A stretch of DNA of 64,000 nucleotides from Myxococcales bacterium (GTDB lineage Bacteria > Myxococcota_A > Polyangia > Polyangiales > DASUME01), in NCBI GenBank assembly GCA_047601445.1, contig JASGJH010000001.1, positions 6,592,001 to 6,656,000 of the forward strand. The letters run 5' to 3'. A model generated the notes under the pieces. The model did no database searches. It was given only the letters and a program-made list of their open reading frames with translations, and had not been told where the DNA came from. Positions 31,727-43,948 of the stretch are shown in pieces (position 1 is the stretch's first letter; every line of letters starts with the position of its first letter). The position numbers were made by a program, and so were the translations under genes.

Positions 31727-33565
31727 GTGCTCCCACGCATCGACCGCTACGACATCACGAACGAGATCGGCCATGGCGGCATGGCCACGGTCTACCGCGC
31801 TCGTGACACGCGCCTCGATCGCTGGGTCGCCGTGAAAGTCATGCACCCGCACCTGCGCGGCACCGAGCAGGCTAGGGTGCGCTTTTCGCGCGAGGCACGC
31901 GCCGTCGCACGCCTGAAGCACGCCTCGATCCTCGAGATCTACGACTACAGCGGCAACGAATCGGACAACGCGTACATCGCCACGGAGCTGCTGACGGGCC
32001 CCACGCTCAAGGGCTTCTTGGAGCAGGTGGGCGTGGTGCCTCCCGAGATCGCCGTGGCCATCTGCATCGATCTCGCACACGGGCTCTCGGCCGCGCATGC
32101 CCAGGGCATCATCCATCGCGACGTGAAGCCCGAAAACGTGCTCTTGCACGAGGCGCGTCAGGTGAAGCTCACCGACTTCGGCATCGCGGACATGCTGGAT
32201 CCAAGCATGTCCGCCATGACCGCCACGGGCCAAATCCTCGGCTCCCCGGCGCACATGGCTCCGGAGCAAGTCGAGGGCGGTGACACCGACGCGCGCAGCG
32301 ACATCTTCGCTCTCGGGACCATTCTCTACTGGCTCGCCACGGGAAGCCTGCCCTTTACCGGCAAAAACCCGCACCAGGTGCTCAAGCGCGTGGTGGACTG
32401 CGCGCCCACGGACCCGCTGGTGCTGCGGTCGTCCATCGGCCGTGATCTGCGCGACATCATCCTGCGCTGCCTATCCAAGCAGCCGAGCGATCGCTATCCC
32501 AGCGCCGAGCAGCTCGCGCTCGACCTCGAAAAGTACCTGAACGAGCTCGGCATCCCCGACGGCCATGCTCTGCTCGAAAGTTACCTGCGCGATCCCGGCG
32601 CCGAGTCCAAGCGCCTCCATACGCAGGTCCTCGAAGCGCTCCTCGCCCAGGCCCGCAAGGCGGTCAGCGCGCGCGACCGTCCCCGCGCGATCGCCTTGCT
32701 CGATCGCGTGCTCGCCCTCGAGGACGGCCATGCAGAAGGGCTGCGCCTGCTCGCGGCCCTCGACCGCGCCGCCAAGCGTCGCATTCTCGCGCGTGCGGCA
32801 ATCGGGGCCCTGGCGGCATCGCTGGTGGCCACCCTTTGGGTCACGTTCGTGCCTCGCTCGGAGGGAACGGGCAATCGCGCCGCTGCCGCCGCGGGACGCG
32901 AGCCGACCATGGGCCCCGGAGGAGCCACGGCCGCCACCAAGCCCCGCGAGACGGGCACGGCCCCCTTGGCCTCCGCCCCAGCGACGCGGGTCCCCGGCTC
33001 GAGCACCGCCCCCGAGACTTCACCGACGCCCACCCCGCCCAAGCGCTCGAGCTCACCCCGTGGCTCCCGCGAACGCCCGCAGGTGCCCGTCAGCGAGGCC
33101 ACCGGCCCGCGCACCGTGCGCTTCGATCCCGACCCCGCCAACGTGAGCATCAGCGTCGATGGCGAGCCAGCGCGCCATTTCGGCCCGTCGTTCCGCATGC
33201 TCGAGCTCGCTGCCGGCACCCACAGCTTCCGCTTCATCGGCGCCCACGATTGCTGCGAGGACCGCGTGGTCGAAGTCGATGTCCCGGCGGGGCCCGGGGA
33301 AACAGTGGTGGCTGCCAAACTGCCGTTCCGACCCGCGCGTGTCTACGTGGTGAGCGACGTACCTGCCGACGTCCAGATCGACGATGGAGCCGCGGTAGGG
33401 CGTTCACGCAGCCTGATCAACGTGCCCATCGAGCGTTCCTATATCGAAAGGCGCCGGATTTCCGTGACAGCTCCCGGTCACGAGGCCTATACAGGATCCA
33501 TTCAGCTGCGGGCGGGTCAGGTCACGCAGCTCGACGTGGTCCTCAAACCCAGTGCAGCTCCCTGA
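31727..33565 (+). CDS. Membrane Ser/Thr protein kinase with TPR-like segment and extracellular PEGA-like domains
   Basis: IGHGGMATVY, VAVK, HRDVKPEN, DFG, MAPEQ; TM; Pro/Thr linker; beta-rich C-terminus. Confidence 0.93.
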   Translation: MLPRIDRYDITNEIGHGGMATVYRARDTRLDRWVAVKVMHPHLRGTEQARVRFSREARAVARLKHASILEIYDYSGNESDNAYIATELLTGPTLKGFLEQVGVVPPEIAVAICIDLAHGLSAAHAQGIIHRDVKPENVLLHEARQVKLTDFGIADMLDPSMSAMTATGQILGSPAHMAPEQVEGGDTDARSDIFALGTILYWLATGSLPFTGKNPHQVLKRVVDCAPTDPLVLRSSIGRDLRDIILRCLSKQPSDRYPSAEQLALDLEKYLNELGIPDGHALLESYLRDPGAESKRLHTQVLEALLAQARKAVSARDRPRAIALLDRVLALEDGHAEGLRLLAALDRAAKRRILARAAIGALAASLVATLWVTFVPRSEGTGNRAAAAAGREPTMGPGGATAATKPRETGTAPLASAPATRVPGSSTAPETSPTPTPPKRSSSPRGSRERPQVPVSEATGPRTVRFDPDPANVSISVDGEPARHFGPSFRMLELAAGTHSFRFIGAHDCCEDRVVEVDVPAGPGETVVAAKLPFRPARVYVVSDVPADVQIDDGAAVGRSRSLINVPIERSYIERRRISVTAPGHEAYTGSIQLRAGQVTQLDVVLKPSAAP

Positions 33566-34523
33566 CTCGTTCATCGCCCAGCTCCTGACGCGCTCGCGCG
33601 TGCTCGCCGCTTCGCGTGCTTGGCTTGCTGTGTTCGCGCTGACGTTGAGCAGCCTGCTCTGGTTCGCGCCTCAGGCGGCCCGCGCGGACGACCTGGCGGA
33701 TTTCGAGGCCGCCCGCATGCTCTACGACCAGCAGAGCTATGCGCGCGCGGTCGACGCCTTCCGCCTTCTGGTGGGCTCGGAGCCGCCGCGCTTGTCGGAT
33801 CCGCTGCTGGTGCTCGAGTCCCGCAAATACCTGGCGGCGAGCCTGCTTTTCATGGGGGCCGAGGCCGAGGCACGCACCCAGTTCCGCCTCCTGCTCCAGC
33901 AGGAGCCGAGCTACGCGCTCGATCCGCTCGCCTTTCCCACTGAGGTGTTCACCCAGTTCGAGCAGGTAAAGCGGGCCCTACGTGAGGAGCAGGCCGACCG
34001 CATCCTCGCCGCCGAGCTGGCGCGGCGCCGGGCTCAGCAGGCGGTCCGGGAGGCCGAGCAGCGGCGCGTGGAGAGCCTTGCCCGTCTGCGCTCGCTGGCG
34101 ACCACCGGTGAAACCCGTGAGCGCAACAGCCGCTGGATCGCCACCGTGCCCTTCGGGGTGGGGCAATTTCAGAACGGCGACAAGGGCCTCGGGGTGGCCT
34201 TGGGGCTCCTGGAGGGCATCGCAGCCGCCGCTTCCGTGGTGAGCTACGTCGAGCACCAGCGGGTCGGCAACGAGCACCCCAACTCCGAGGACATCCACAC
34301 CACCCAGTCCATCGAGACGGCCTGGCGCACGGCCAACATCGCTTCCTTCAGCGTGTTCGTGGCCCTCGCCCTGATCGGCGTCGTCGATGCCCACGTGCGC
34401 TTCGTGCCCGAGCGCGTGAACTATTCGCCCCGCAAACTTCCGCCCGATCTCGACCGCTGGCTGCGCGAGCAGAGCAAATCGGGCCCCTCACTTTCGTCCG
34501 GCGGCCTCCAGCTTCGCTTTTGA
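33552..34523 (+). CDS. Exported TPR-like protein with C-terminal hydrophobic hairpin
   Basis: Signal peptide ..AARAD, TPR-like helices, coiled coil, PFGVGQFQNG, ends GLQLRF; overlaps kinase stop. Confidence 0.75.
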   Translation: MQLPDSFIAQLLTRSRVLAASRAWLAVFALTLSSLLWFAPQAARADDLADFEAARMLYDQQSYARAVDAFRLLVGSEPPRLSDPLLVLESRKYLAASLLFMGAEAEARTQFRLLLQQEPSYALDPLAFPTEVFTQFEQVKRALREEQADRILAAELARRRAQQAVREAEQRRVESLARLRSLATTGETRERNSRWIATVPFGVGQFQNGDKGLGVALGLLEGIAAAASVVSYVEHQRVGNEHPNSEDIHTTQSIETAWRTANIASFSVFVALALIGVVDAHVRFVPERVNYSPRKLPPDLDRWLREQSKSGPSLSSGGLQLRF

Positions 34524-34654
34524 GCGCCCAGGCCAGCGCCTTCGCGGTCCTCTGAACGGATCGACAGCTCGCCTGATCGTTGCGGATTTTCGCGCACCTG
34601 CGGCGCGCGCGCCGGACGCGGTAGCAAGCCTGATCTGGGAAAGCCCGAGCGAGC

Positions 34655-34682
34655 TTGACAGGCATCCTTCGATCGCTAATCT
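34655..34682 (+). promoter_or_regulatory. Sigma70-type promoter of the str operon
   Basis: TTGACA-16 nt-TAATCT, about 95 nt upstream of rpsL. Confidence 0.65.
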
Positions 34683-34777
34683 TCCGCCTCCCGATTGCCG
34701 GGGGTGCGCCGCTGTGCGCACGAAACGAGTCGCGCGCGGAGGAAACCGCGCATTCGACTCACCCAATTAGAGGAACG

Positions 34778-35176
34778 ATGCCGACTATTAACCAGCTGGT
34801 GCGCCACGGGCGCAAGGCACGCCGGTCCAAGACCGACTCGCCCGCCCTTCAAAACTCGCCGCAGAAGCGCGGCGTGTGTGTTCGCGTTTACACGACCACG
34901 CCCAAGAAGCCGAACTCCGCTCTGCGTAAGGTCGCGCGCGTCCGCCTCAGCAACGGCATCGAAGTCACCACGTACATCCCCGGCGAAGGCCACAACCTCC
35001 AGGAGCACTCGGTGGTGCTCATCCGTGGCGGTCGCGTGAAGGACCTTCCCGGTGTTCGCTATCACGTCGTGCGCGGTGCGCTCGACGCCTCGGGCGCTGC
35101 GGGCCCCTCCAACACGAACAAGGCGAGCCGCACGCAGGGCCGCTCCAAGTACGGCGTCAAGCGCCCGAAGAAGTGA
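34778..35176 (+). CDS. rpsL: 30S ribosomal protein S12
   Basis: [29 protein letters not shown]. Confidence 0.98.
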   Translation: MPTINQLVRHGRKARRSKTDSPALQNSPQKRGVCVRVYTTTPKKPNSALRKVARVRLSNGIEVTTYIPGEGHNLQEHSVVLIRGGRVKDLPGVRYHVVRGALDASGAAGPSNTNKASRTQGRSKYGVKRPKK

Positions 35177-35190
35177 GAAGGTAGAACGTC

Positions 35191-35661
35191 ATGCCGCGTC
35201 GCCGCGAAGTACCAAAGCGCAAGATCACGCCCGACCCCAAGTTCCGGGATCGCATGGTCGCCAAGTTCACCAACGTCGTGATGATCCAGGGCAAGAAGTC
35301 CACTGCCGAAGGCATCGTCTACGGCGCGTTCGACGTGATCCAGAGCCGCTACAAGGAGGACCCGCTCGAGGTCTTCCGCAAGGCGCTCGACTCCGTGAAG
35401 CCCCGCGTGGAAGTGAAGAGCCGTCGCGTCGGTGGCGCCACCTACCAGGTGCCCGTCGAAGTGCGCCCCGAGCGCCGCGTCGCCCTGGCCATGCGTTGGA
35501 TCAACAACTACGCGCGCGCCCGCGGCGAAAAGACCCAGACCGAGCGTCTCGCGGCCGAGCTGGTCGAAGCCGCCCAGGGTCGCGGTAACGCCGTGAAGAA
35601 GAAGGACGACACGCACAAGATGGCCGACGCCAACAAGGCGTTCGCCCACTACCGCTGGTGA
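35191..35661 (+). CDS. rpsG: 30S ribosomal protein S7
   Basis: [26 protein letters not shown]. Confidence 0.98.
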   Translation: MPRRREVPKRKITPDPKFRDRMVAKFTNVVMIQGKKSTAEGIVYGAFDVIQSRYKEDPLEVFRKALDSVKPRVEVKSRRVGGATYQVPVEVRPERRVALAMRWINNYARARGEKTQTERLAAELVEAAQGRGNAVKKKDDTHKMADANKAFAHYRW

Positions 35662-35665
35662 TCAC

Positions 35666-35699
35666 AGGCCGATCAGACTGATCGGCCTTGTTTGCTTTT
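35666..35699 (+). terminator. Terminator-like hairpin directly after rpsG
   Basis: AGGCCGATCAG-A-CTGATCGGCCT followed by TGTTTGCTTTT. Confidence 0.55.
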
Positions 35700-35895
35700 G
35701 GAACTGCACTCTTCGGAGACCTAACCGACCAGATGGCAAAGACCACATAGACGAATTCGTCGGGCTGCTCTCAGCCGAACCGAGAGCGAACAGCGGGCAA
35801 TAAGCCCCATTCAAGTAGCCGAATTCGAAGCCCTCCTCGATTAAGGAGCGACCCTAGGGTGGTCGCCGGGCTCGGGGAGGGTTTCTGTGTTTCCA
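35700..35895 (+). promoter_or_regulatory. Candidate structured leader/attenuator upstream of fusA
   Basis: uORF MAKTT* (35733-35750), long-range helix 35752-35827, 14-bp terminator-like stem 35827-35885 with T-rich tail. Confidence 0.5.
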
Positions 35896-35959
35896 GCACC
35901 TGGTTTTCCTGCTCTCGCCACTCGCCGCAATCGGCCGCCCTAGAAAGGAGTCCTCAGTC

Positions 35960-38068
35960 GTGTCCTTCCCCCTCGAACGCTACCGAAACATCGGAATCAT
36001 GGCGCACATCGATGCCGGTAAGACGACCACGACCGAGCGCATCCTCTATTACACGGGCGTCAACTACAAGATTGGCGAGGTCCACGACGGCGCCGCGACC
36101 ATGGACTACATGGTTCAGGAGCAGGAGCGAGGCATCACCATCACGTCCGCCGCCACCACGGCGTTCTGGACGGCGAACGGCGGACCTTTCGCGGGCGAGC
36201 AGCACCGCATCAACATCATCGACACCCCCGGGCACGTGGACTTCACCATCGAAGTCGAGCGTTCGCTGCGCGTGCTCGACGGCGCGGTCGCCGTGTTCGA
36301 CGGCGTGTCTGGCGTGGAGCCGCAGTCCGAGACCGTGTGGCGCCAGGCCGACCGCTACAAGGTCCCGCGCATGTGCTTCATCAACAAGATGGACCGCGCG
36401 GGTGCCAACTTCTGGCGCTCGGTGGACAGCATTCGCGACCGCCTCGGTGCGAACCCCGTGCCGGTGCAGATTCCGCTCGGTTCCGAAGAGACGCTCAAGG
36501 GCGTCATCGACCTGGTCAAGATGAAGGCCATCACCTTCGCGGACGATCAGCTCGGCTCCAAGTTCGAGGAAATCGAGATCCCGGAGGAGTTCCAGGTCGA
36601 GGCACGGAAGGCCCACGATCGTATGATCGAGGCCGCGGCCGAGGTCGACGAGTCCCTGATGGACCGCTTCCTCGAGGGCGACACCAAGTTCACGCCGAAC
36701 GAGATCCTGAGCGCACTGCGCAAGGGCACGCTGGCCCACAAGCTGGTCACCGTGGTGTGCGGCTCCGCCTTCAAGAACAAGGGCGTGCAGCAGCTGCTCG
36801 ACAACGTCGTGAACATGATGCCCTCGCCCATCGACATCCCACCGGTGGAAGGCGAGGACCCGGACAACCACGAGAAGAAGCTCACCCGCAAGGCGGACCG
36901 TGCGGCTCCCTTCGCGGCGCTCGTGTTCAAGATCCTCAACGACCCGTTCGTGGGCCAGCTGACCTTCCTGCGCGTCTACTCGGGCACGCTGTCGACGGGC
37001 ACCGCGGTGCTCAACAGCACCAAGGGCAAGCGCGAGCGCGTCGGTCGCCTGCTGCAGATGCACGCCAACAAGCGCGACGAGATCAAGATCGTCGAGGCGG
37101 GCGACATCGCGGCGGCCGTCGGCCTGCGTACGGCCACCACGGGCGACACCCTGTGCGAAGAGAAGCACGCCATCGTGCTCGAGCGCATGGTGTTCCCGGA
37201 GCCGGTCATCTCCATCGCCATCGAGCCCCGGACCACCAACGACCAGGCCAAGCTCTCCGAAGCCCTTGGAAAGCTCACCGCCGAGGACCCCTCCTTCCGC
37301 GTCAACACCGACGAGGAGACCGGCCAGACCTTGATCCGCGGCATGGGCGAGCTCCACCTCGAGATCATCGTCGACCGTCTGCGCCGCGAGTTCAAAGTCG
37401 AGTGCAACGTGGGCCGCCCCCAGGTGTCCTACCGCGAGTCCATCGACAAGAAGGTCAAGGCGGAGGGCAAGTACATCAAGCAGTCCGGCGGCCACGGCAT
37501 GTACGGCCACTGCTGGCTCGAGATCGAGCCTTCCGGCCCCGGCGCAGGCTTCGTTTTCGAGAACAAGATCGTGGGCGGGATCATTCCGAAGGAGTTCATC
37601 CCCTCCATCGAGAAGGGCGCGCGCGAGGCCCTCGGGCGCGGCGTGCTCGCCGGTTACCCCGTCATCGACGTGAAGGTGACCCTGATCGACGGCAGCTACC
37701 ACGACGTCGATTCCTCGGGTCCCGCCTACGAAATCGCCGCATCAATGGGCTTGCAAGACGGCGTAAAGCGCGCAGGATTGCACCTCCTCGAGCCGGTCAT
37801 GGCGGTCGAGGTCGTGTGCCCTGAGGGCAACATGGGCGACGTAATCGGTGATCTGAACAGCCGCCGCGGCCAGATCAATGGTATGAACCCGCGCGGCAAC
37901 ATGCAGGTGGTGACGGCAGAAGTCCCGCTCGCCACGATGTTCGGCTACTCCACGGACCTGCGCAGTAAGACCCAGGGACGTGCGACGTACACGATGCAGT
38001 TTGCGAAGTTCGAGGGAATGCCTCGGAACATCGAAGAAGAGATCATCGCGAAGGTCAGAGGCATTTGA
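35960..38068 (+). CDS. fusA: Elongation factor G (str-operon copy)
   Basis: AAAGGAG RBS, GTG start; [26 protein letters not shown]. Confidence 0.98.
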   Translation: MSFPLERYRNIGIMAHIDAGKTTTTERILYYTGVNYKIGEVHDGAATMDYMVQEQERGITITSAATTAFWTANGGPFAGEQHRINIIDTPGHVDFTIEVERSLRVLDGAVAVFDGVSGVEPQSETVWRQADRYKVPRMCFINKMDRAGANFWRSVDSIRDRLGANPVPVQIPLGSEETLKGVIDLVKMKAITFADDQLGSKFEEIEIPEEFQVEARKAHDRMIEAAAEVDESLMDRFLEGDTKFTPNEILSALRKGTLAHKLVTVVCGSAFKNKGVQQLLDNVVNMMPSPIDIPPVEGEDPDNHEKKLTRKADRAAPFAALVFKILNDPFVGQLTFLRVYSGTLSTGTAVLNSTKGKRERVGRLLQMHANKRDEIKIVEAGDIAAAVGLRTATTGDTLCEEKHAIVLERMVFPEPVISIAIEPRTTNDQAKLSEALGKLTAEDPSFRVNTDEETGQTLIRGMGELHLEIIVDRLRREFKVECNVGRPQVSYRESIDKKVKAEGKYIKQSGGHGMYGHCWLEIEPSGPGAGFVFENKIVGGIIPKEFIPSIEKGAREALGRGVLAGYPVIDVKVTLIDGSYHDVDSSGPAYEIAASMGLQDGVKRAGLHLLEPVMAVEVVCPEGNMGDVIGDLNSRRGQINGMNPRGNMQVVTAEVPLATMFGYSTDLRSKTQGRATYTMQFAKFEGMPRNIEEEIIAKVRGI

Positions 38069-38185
38069 GCAGCGCCAGGAGCTGCAACGCTCGCGGGCGG
38101 TAGAGCCCGCTTCGACGAAACCCCAGAAAAAAGCGGGCCTGAAACTAGACGGCACGCTCGAAACCAGGTTTAGGGAGACACGATC

Positions 38186-39376
<1,191 letters not shown>

Positions 39377-39380
39377 TCAG

Positions 39381-39692
<312 letters not shown>

Positions 39693-39752
39693 TGCGGGTG
39701 GGCGGATCCCTTCGGGGGCCGCTTTCCAGGCACTCGGTTCGGAGACGAGAGA

Positions 39753-40388
39753 ATGCCCAAGGTCAAGGTTTACAACTTGCGTCGCGAAGAATCCGGAGAG
39801 ATCGATCTCGCGGATGACGTCTTCGCCACGGAGGTCAACGAGGCGCTCCTTTACGATATCGTGAAGGCGCAGCTTGCCAGTCGTCGTGCCGGTACGGCCA
39901 AGACGAAGGGTCGCGCAGAGGTGCGTGGCTCGACGCGCAAGCTCTACAAGCAGAAGGGCACGGGTCGCTCGCGACACGGCTCCATTCGCGCCCAGCAGTA
40001 CGTGGGTGGTGGCAAGGCCCATGGCCCGCAGCCCCACAGCTTCGCGTACCGTCCCACGCGCAAGATGCGTCTGGGTGCTCTCAAAAGCGCCCTCTCGCTC
40101 AAGCTCGCCGAGGGGCAGCTGATCGTGGTGAGCGACCTCCAGCTCGCCGAGATCAAGACCAAGGGCTTGGCCACGGTGCTCGACGCGCTCAAGGTCTCTG
40201 CGAGCGCTCTGCTCGTCGACACCAACGCCAACGAGAACCTCAAGCTCTCCGCGCGCAACCTCGAGAATCACCAATACCTTCCGCCCGAAGGTGTCAACGT
40301 CTACGACCTCCTTCGCTTCGAGCACCTCGTGCTCACGAAGGACGCGGCGGCAGCGATCACGAAGCGCTGCAGCAGCGAGAACGACTGA
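39753..40388 (+). CDS. rplD: 50S ribosomal protein L4
   Basis: [28 protein letters not shown]. Confidence 0.97.
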   Translation: MPKVKVYNLRREESGEIDLADDVFATEVNEALLYDIVKAQLASRRAGTAKTKGRAEVRGSTRKLYKQKGTGRSRHGSIRAQQYVGGGKAHGPQPHSFAYRPTRKMRLGALKSALSLKLAEGQLIVVSDLQLAEIKTKGLATVLDALKVSASALLVDTNANENLKLSARNLENHQYLPPEGVNVYDLLRFEHLVLTKDAAAAITKRCSSEND

Positions 40389-40396
40389 GGACGGTC

Positions 40397-40687
40397 ATGC
40401 AGATCGAGAACATCATCAAGCGTCCGTTGCTGCTCACCGAGAAGGGAAACGTGTTGCGTGAGACGCAGCACCAGTACCTCTTCGAGGTCGACCGTCGCGC
40501 GAACAAGATTCAAATCCGAGAGGCCGTCGAGAGCCTCTTCAAAGTCACGGTGACCGACGTGCGCACGATGATCGTGCGTGGCCGCATGCGTCGCATGGGT
40601 CGCGGGTACGCCAAGACCAAGAACTGGAAGAAGGCGATCGTGGCCGTCAAGGAAGGCGACACGATTGAGTTCTTCGAGGGAGCCTGA
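40397..40687 (+). CDS. rplW: 50S ribosomal protein L23
   Basis: [21 protein letters not shown]. Confidence 0.97.
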   Translation: MQIENIIKRPLLLTEKGNVLRETQHQYLFEVDRRANKIQIREAVESLFKVTVTDVRTMIVRGRMRRMGRGYAKTKNWKKAIVAVKEGDTIEFFEGA

Positions 40688-40692
40688 TCGTC

Positions 40693-41523
40693 ATGGCTAT
40701 CAAAGCATTCAAGCCCCGCTCGCCCGCTCGTCGCTACTACGAGGTCGCTGATTTCAAGGCGCTCGATGGCAACGACAAGGTCGTCAAGAAGCTCACCGAG
40801 CACCAGTCCGATACGGCCGGCCGTAACAGCCAGGGTCGCATCACCTCGCGCTTCCGGGGCGGCGGCCACAAGCAGCGCTACCGCATCATCGACTTCAAGC
40901 GCAACAAGGTCGGCGTGCCGGCCAAGGTTGCCTCGCTCCAGTACGATCCGAACCGCACGGCTCGCATCGCGCTGCTCAACTACCTCGACGGCGAGAAGGC
41001 GTACATCCTGGCGCCCGACGGCCTCGCGGTGGGTGACACCATCGTTTCCTCGCGCAATGCCGACATCAAGCCCGGCAACGCGATGCCCCTGCGCTTCGTC
41101 CCGGTCGGCACCATGGTGCACGCCCTGGAGCTGAAGATCGGCAAGGGTGCCCAGCTCGTGCGCTCGGCTGGCGCCGCGGCCCAGCTGATGGCCAAGGACG
41201 GCGACTACGGCCAGGTTCGCCTGCCGTCTGGCGAGGTGCGCTTGGTTCACCTCAACTGCCGCGCCACCATCGGCCAGGTCTCGAACCTGGACCACTCCAA
41301 GATCTCGCATGGCAAGGCGGGTCGCTCTCGCTGGCTCGGTCGCCGCCCCCACAACCGCGGCGTTACCATGAACCCGGTCGACCACCCCATGGGTGGTGGT
41401 GAAGGCCGCACCTCGGGTGGTCGCCACCCCTGCTCGCCCTGGGGCCAGCTCGCCAAGGGCAAGAAGACCCGACACAACAAGCGCACTGACAGGTTCATCG
41501 TCAAGCGCCGTGGCTCGAAGTGA
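40693..41523 (+). CDS. rplB: 50S ribosomal protein L2
   Basis: [29 protein letters not shown]. Confidence 0.98.
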   Translation: MAIKAFKPRSPARRYYEVADFKALDGNDKVVKKLTEHQSDTAGRNSQGRITSRFRGGGHKQRYRIIDFKRNKVGVPAKVASLQYDPNRTARIALLNYLDGEKAYILAPDGLAVGDTIVSSRNADIKPGNAMPLRFVPVGTMVHALELKIGKGAQLVRSAGAAAQLMAKDGDYGQVRLPSGEVRLVHLNCRATIGQVSNLDHSKISHGKAGRSRWLGRRPHNRGVTMNPVDHPMGGGEGRTSGGRHPCSPWGQLAKGKKTRHNKRTDRFIVKRRGSK

Positions 41524-41537
41524 TCTCGGAGATCTAG

Positions 41538-41843
41538 ATGGCACGCTCAGTTAAAAAGGGTCCCTTCATCGACCACCACCTGATGGAAAAGGTGGAGTCG
41601 TCCCAAAAGTCCGGCGATCGCAAGCTGATCAAGACCTGGTCGCGGCGCTCCACCATCACGCCCGAGTTCATCGGGCTGACCTTCGCGGTCCACAATGGCC
41701 GCAAATTCGTGACGGTTTTCGTCACGGAGAACATGGTCGGACACAAGCTCGGTGAGTTTGCCCCGACGCGTACGTTCCACGGGCACGCCGCCGACAAGAA
41801 GGCCGCGAAGCCCAAGGTCAACCCCTCCACCGGCAAGCGCTGA
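41538..41843 (+). CDS. rpsS: 30S ribosomal protein S19
   Basis: [26 protein letters not shown]. Confidence 0.98.
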   Translation: MARSVKKGPFIDHHLMEKVESSQKSGDRKLIKTWSRRSTITPEFIGLTFAVHNGRKFVTVFVTENMVGHKLGEFAPTRTFHGHAADKKAAKPKVNPSTGKR

Positions 41844-41989
41844 TCGCTCACTTGATCCCTTCGGGACACGTGCTAGATCCGGCGCCTTCCCGCGTGGTTG
41901 GGGGCTAACCCCAAGTTTTCGTAGGAAGCGTCAGTCTCGCGCAAGCATCCGCTTGGACCTTGGCTGATAGAAAAAACGGGAAAACGTCC

Positions 41990-42340
41990 ATGGAATCGAC
42001 AGCGAAAGCACGCTTTCAGCGTATTTCCATCCGCAAGGCGCGGATGGTCTGCGATATGGTCCGCGGCAAGAACGCGGCCGTGGCCCTCGACGAGCTGCGC
42101 TTCACGAAGAAGGCGGCCTCGCCTCTCGTGGCCAAGCTGCTCGACAGCGCCATCGCGAACGCCAAGGTCAAGGACCAAAGCGTCGACCTCGATGACCTCT
42201 ATATCAAGACGATCCACGCGGATAAGGCCGGCGACCGCCACATGCGTCGCTGGCGTCCGCGTGCCCATGGGCGCGCCACGCGAGTCGCCAAGGGACTGAG
42301 CCACATCACGATCGTCCTCGATTCGCGAAAGGAAGCCTGA
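41990..42340 (+). CDS. rplV: 50S ribosomal protein L22
   Basis: RKARMVCDMVRG..SAIANA..PRAHGRA..SHITI. Confidence 0.96.
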   Translation: MESTAKARFQRISIRKARMVCDMVRGKNAAVALDELRFTKKAASPLVAKLLDSAIANAKVKDQSVDLDDLYIKTIHADKAGDRHMRRWRPRAHGRATRVAKGLSHITIVLDSRKEA

Positions 42341-42343
42341 AAC

Positions 42344-43006
42344 ATGGGTCAGAAGACACATCCCCATGGATTCCGCTTGGGCGTGAACCGCTCCTGGGCA
42401 TCCAAGTGGTACGAAGACAAGAACTACGCGCTTTGGCTCCACGAGGACCAGAAGCTCCGTAAGGCGATCAAGAAGAAGTTCGCCCACGCGGGCATCGCCG
42501 GCATCGATATCGAGCGCGCTGCCAGCAAGGCCAAGGTGGTCATCCACACCTCGCGTCCCGGCATCATCATCGGCAAGCGCGGCGCCGGCGTCGACCAGCT
42601 CAAGGGCGAGCTCCAGAAGCTCACCCAGAACGAGCTGTTCATCGACATCCAGGAGATCCGCAAGGCCGAGACCAACGCCCAGCTCGTCGCCGAGAACATC
42701 GCGACCCAGCTCGAGCGTCGTGTGGCCTTCCGCCGCGCCATGAAGAAGGCGCTCCAGACCGCCATGAAGTTCGGTGCCAAGGGCGTCCGCGTGCGCACCT
42801 CGGGCCGTCTCGGCGGCGCTGAGATCGCCCGTACCGAGAGCTATCGCGAAGGTCGCGTGCCGCTCCACACCCTGCGTGCCGACATCGAGCTGGGCGAGGC
42901 CACGGCCTTTACCACCTACGGCACCATCGGCGTGAAGTGCTGGATCTTCAAGGGTGAAATCGTTCCACAACGCCGCCGCCAGAAGCTGCCGGCCCAGGCT
43001 CGCTGA
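42344..43006 (+). CDS. rpsC: 30S ribosomal protein S3
   Basis: [32 protein letters not shown]. Confidence 0.98.
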   Translation: MGQKTHPHGFRLGVNRSWASKWYEDKNYALWLHEDQKLRKAIKKKFAHAGIAGIDIERAASKAKVVIHTSRPGIIIGKRGAGVDQLKGELQKLTQNELFIDIQEIRKAETNAQLVAENIATQLERRVAFRRAMKKALQTAMKFGAKGVRVRTSGRLGGAEIARTESYREGRVPLHTLRADIELGEATAFTTYGTIGVKCWIFKGEIVPQRRRQKLPAQAR

Positions 43007-43015
43007 GGATATTTC

Positions 43016-43432
43016 ATGCTTTCCCCGAAACGCACCAAGTTCCGCAAGCAGTCGAAGGGCAAGAATCGCGGCCTTTCGTACAGCGCTTCTACCGTCGACT
43101 TCGGCGACTTCGGCCTCCAGGCGCTCGAGCCCGGCCGCATCAGCGCCCGTCAGATCGAAGCCGCTCGTATGGCGATCCAGCGCGCCACCAAGCGCCAGGG
43201 CAAGCTGCACATCCGCATCTTCCCCGACAAGCCCGTCACCAAGAAGCCCCTCGAGACTCGTATGGGTCACGGTAAGGGCAGCGTGGAAGAGTGGGTGGCC
43301 GTGGTGAAGCCCGGTCGCATGATGTACGAGCTCGAGGGCGTCAGCGAAGAGATGGCGCGCGAAGCGTTCAAGCTCGCCGGCATCAAGCTGCCCCTTCCCA
43401 CCAGGTTCATGAAGCGGGAGGCGCAGCTGTGA
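43016..43432 (+). CDS. rplP: 50S ribosomal protein L16
   Basis: [25 protein letters not shown]. Confidence 0.98.
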   Translation: MLSPKRTKFRKQSKGKNRGLSYSASTVDFGDFGLQALEPGRISARQIEAARMAIQRATKRQGKLHIRIFPDKPVTKKPLETRMGHGKGSVEEWVAVVKPGRMMYELEGVSEEMAREAFKLAGIKLPLPTRFMKREAQL

Positions 43433-43635
43433 AGGCCACCGAAGCACGCAAGCAGATCCGCGAGTTGAGCAGCGACGAGCTCAAGGCCAAGGCCACCGAG
43501 CTCAAGAGCGAACTCTTCAAAGCGAAGATCCAGAATCACACCAACCAGTTGGACTCCACGGCCAAGCTTCGCGGGCTGCGTCGTGAGATCGCTCGCATCA
43601 ACACCGTGTTGACGCAGCGTGAGGCGAAGTCATGA
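43429..43635 (+). CDS. rpmC: 50S ribosomal protein L29
   Basis: GTGA overlap; [19 protein letters not shown]. Confidence 0.93.
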   Translation: MKATEARKQIRELSSDELKAKATELKSELFKAKIQNHTNQLDSTAKLRGLRREIARINTVLTQREAKS

Positions 43636-43946
43636 GCGAATCGAATCAGCAGGCCGAAGTCGTCGAGACCGAGAAGGAGCGCTTCAAGCGCCACCTGACC
43701 GGTCGCGTGGTGAACGACACCACGAAGCCCGGGCGCATGCAGAAGACCGTCGTGGTCGAGGTGGTTACCCGCTACCGCGATCCGGTCTACGGCAAATACG
43801 TGAAGAACCGTAAGCGCTTCCACGCTCACGACGAGAAAAACGAGTACCGCACGTCGGACCTCATCGAGATCCGCGAGAGCCGTCCTCTTTCCCGCACCAA
43901 GCGCTGGGTCGCCGTGCGTCTGCTCGAACGTCCTGAGGAGGTCTAA
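43632..43946 (+). CDS. rpsQ: 30S ribosomal protein S17
   Basis: [27 protein letters not shown]. Confidence 0.96.
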   Translation: MSESNQQAEVVETEKERFKRHLTGRVVNDTTKPGRMQKTVVVEVVTRYRDPVYGKYVKNRKRFHAHDEKNEYRTSDLIEIRESRPLSRTKRWVAVRLLERPEEV

Positions 43947-43948
43947 CC

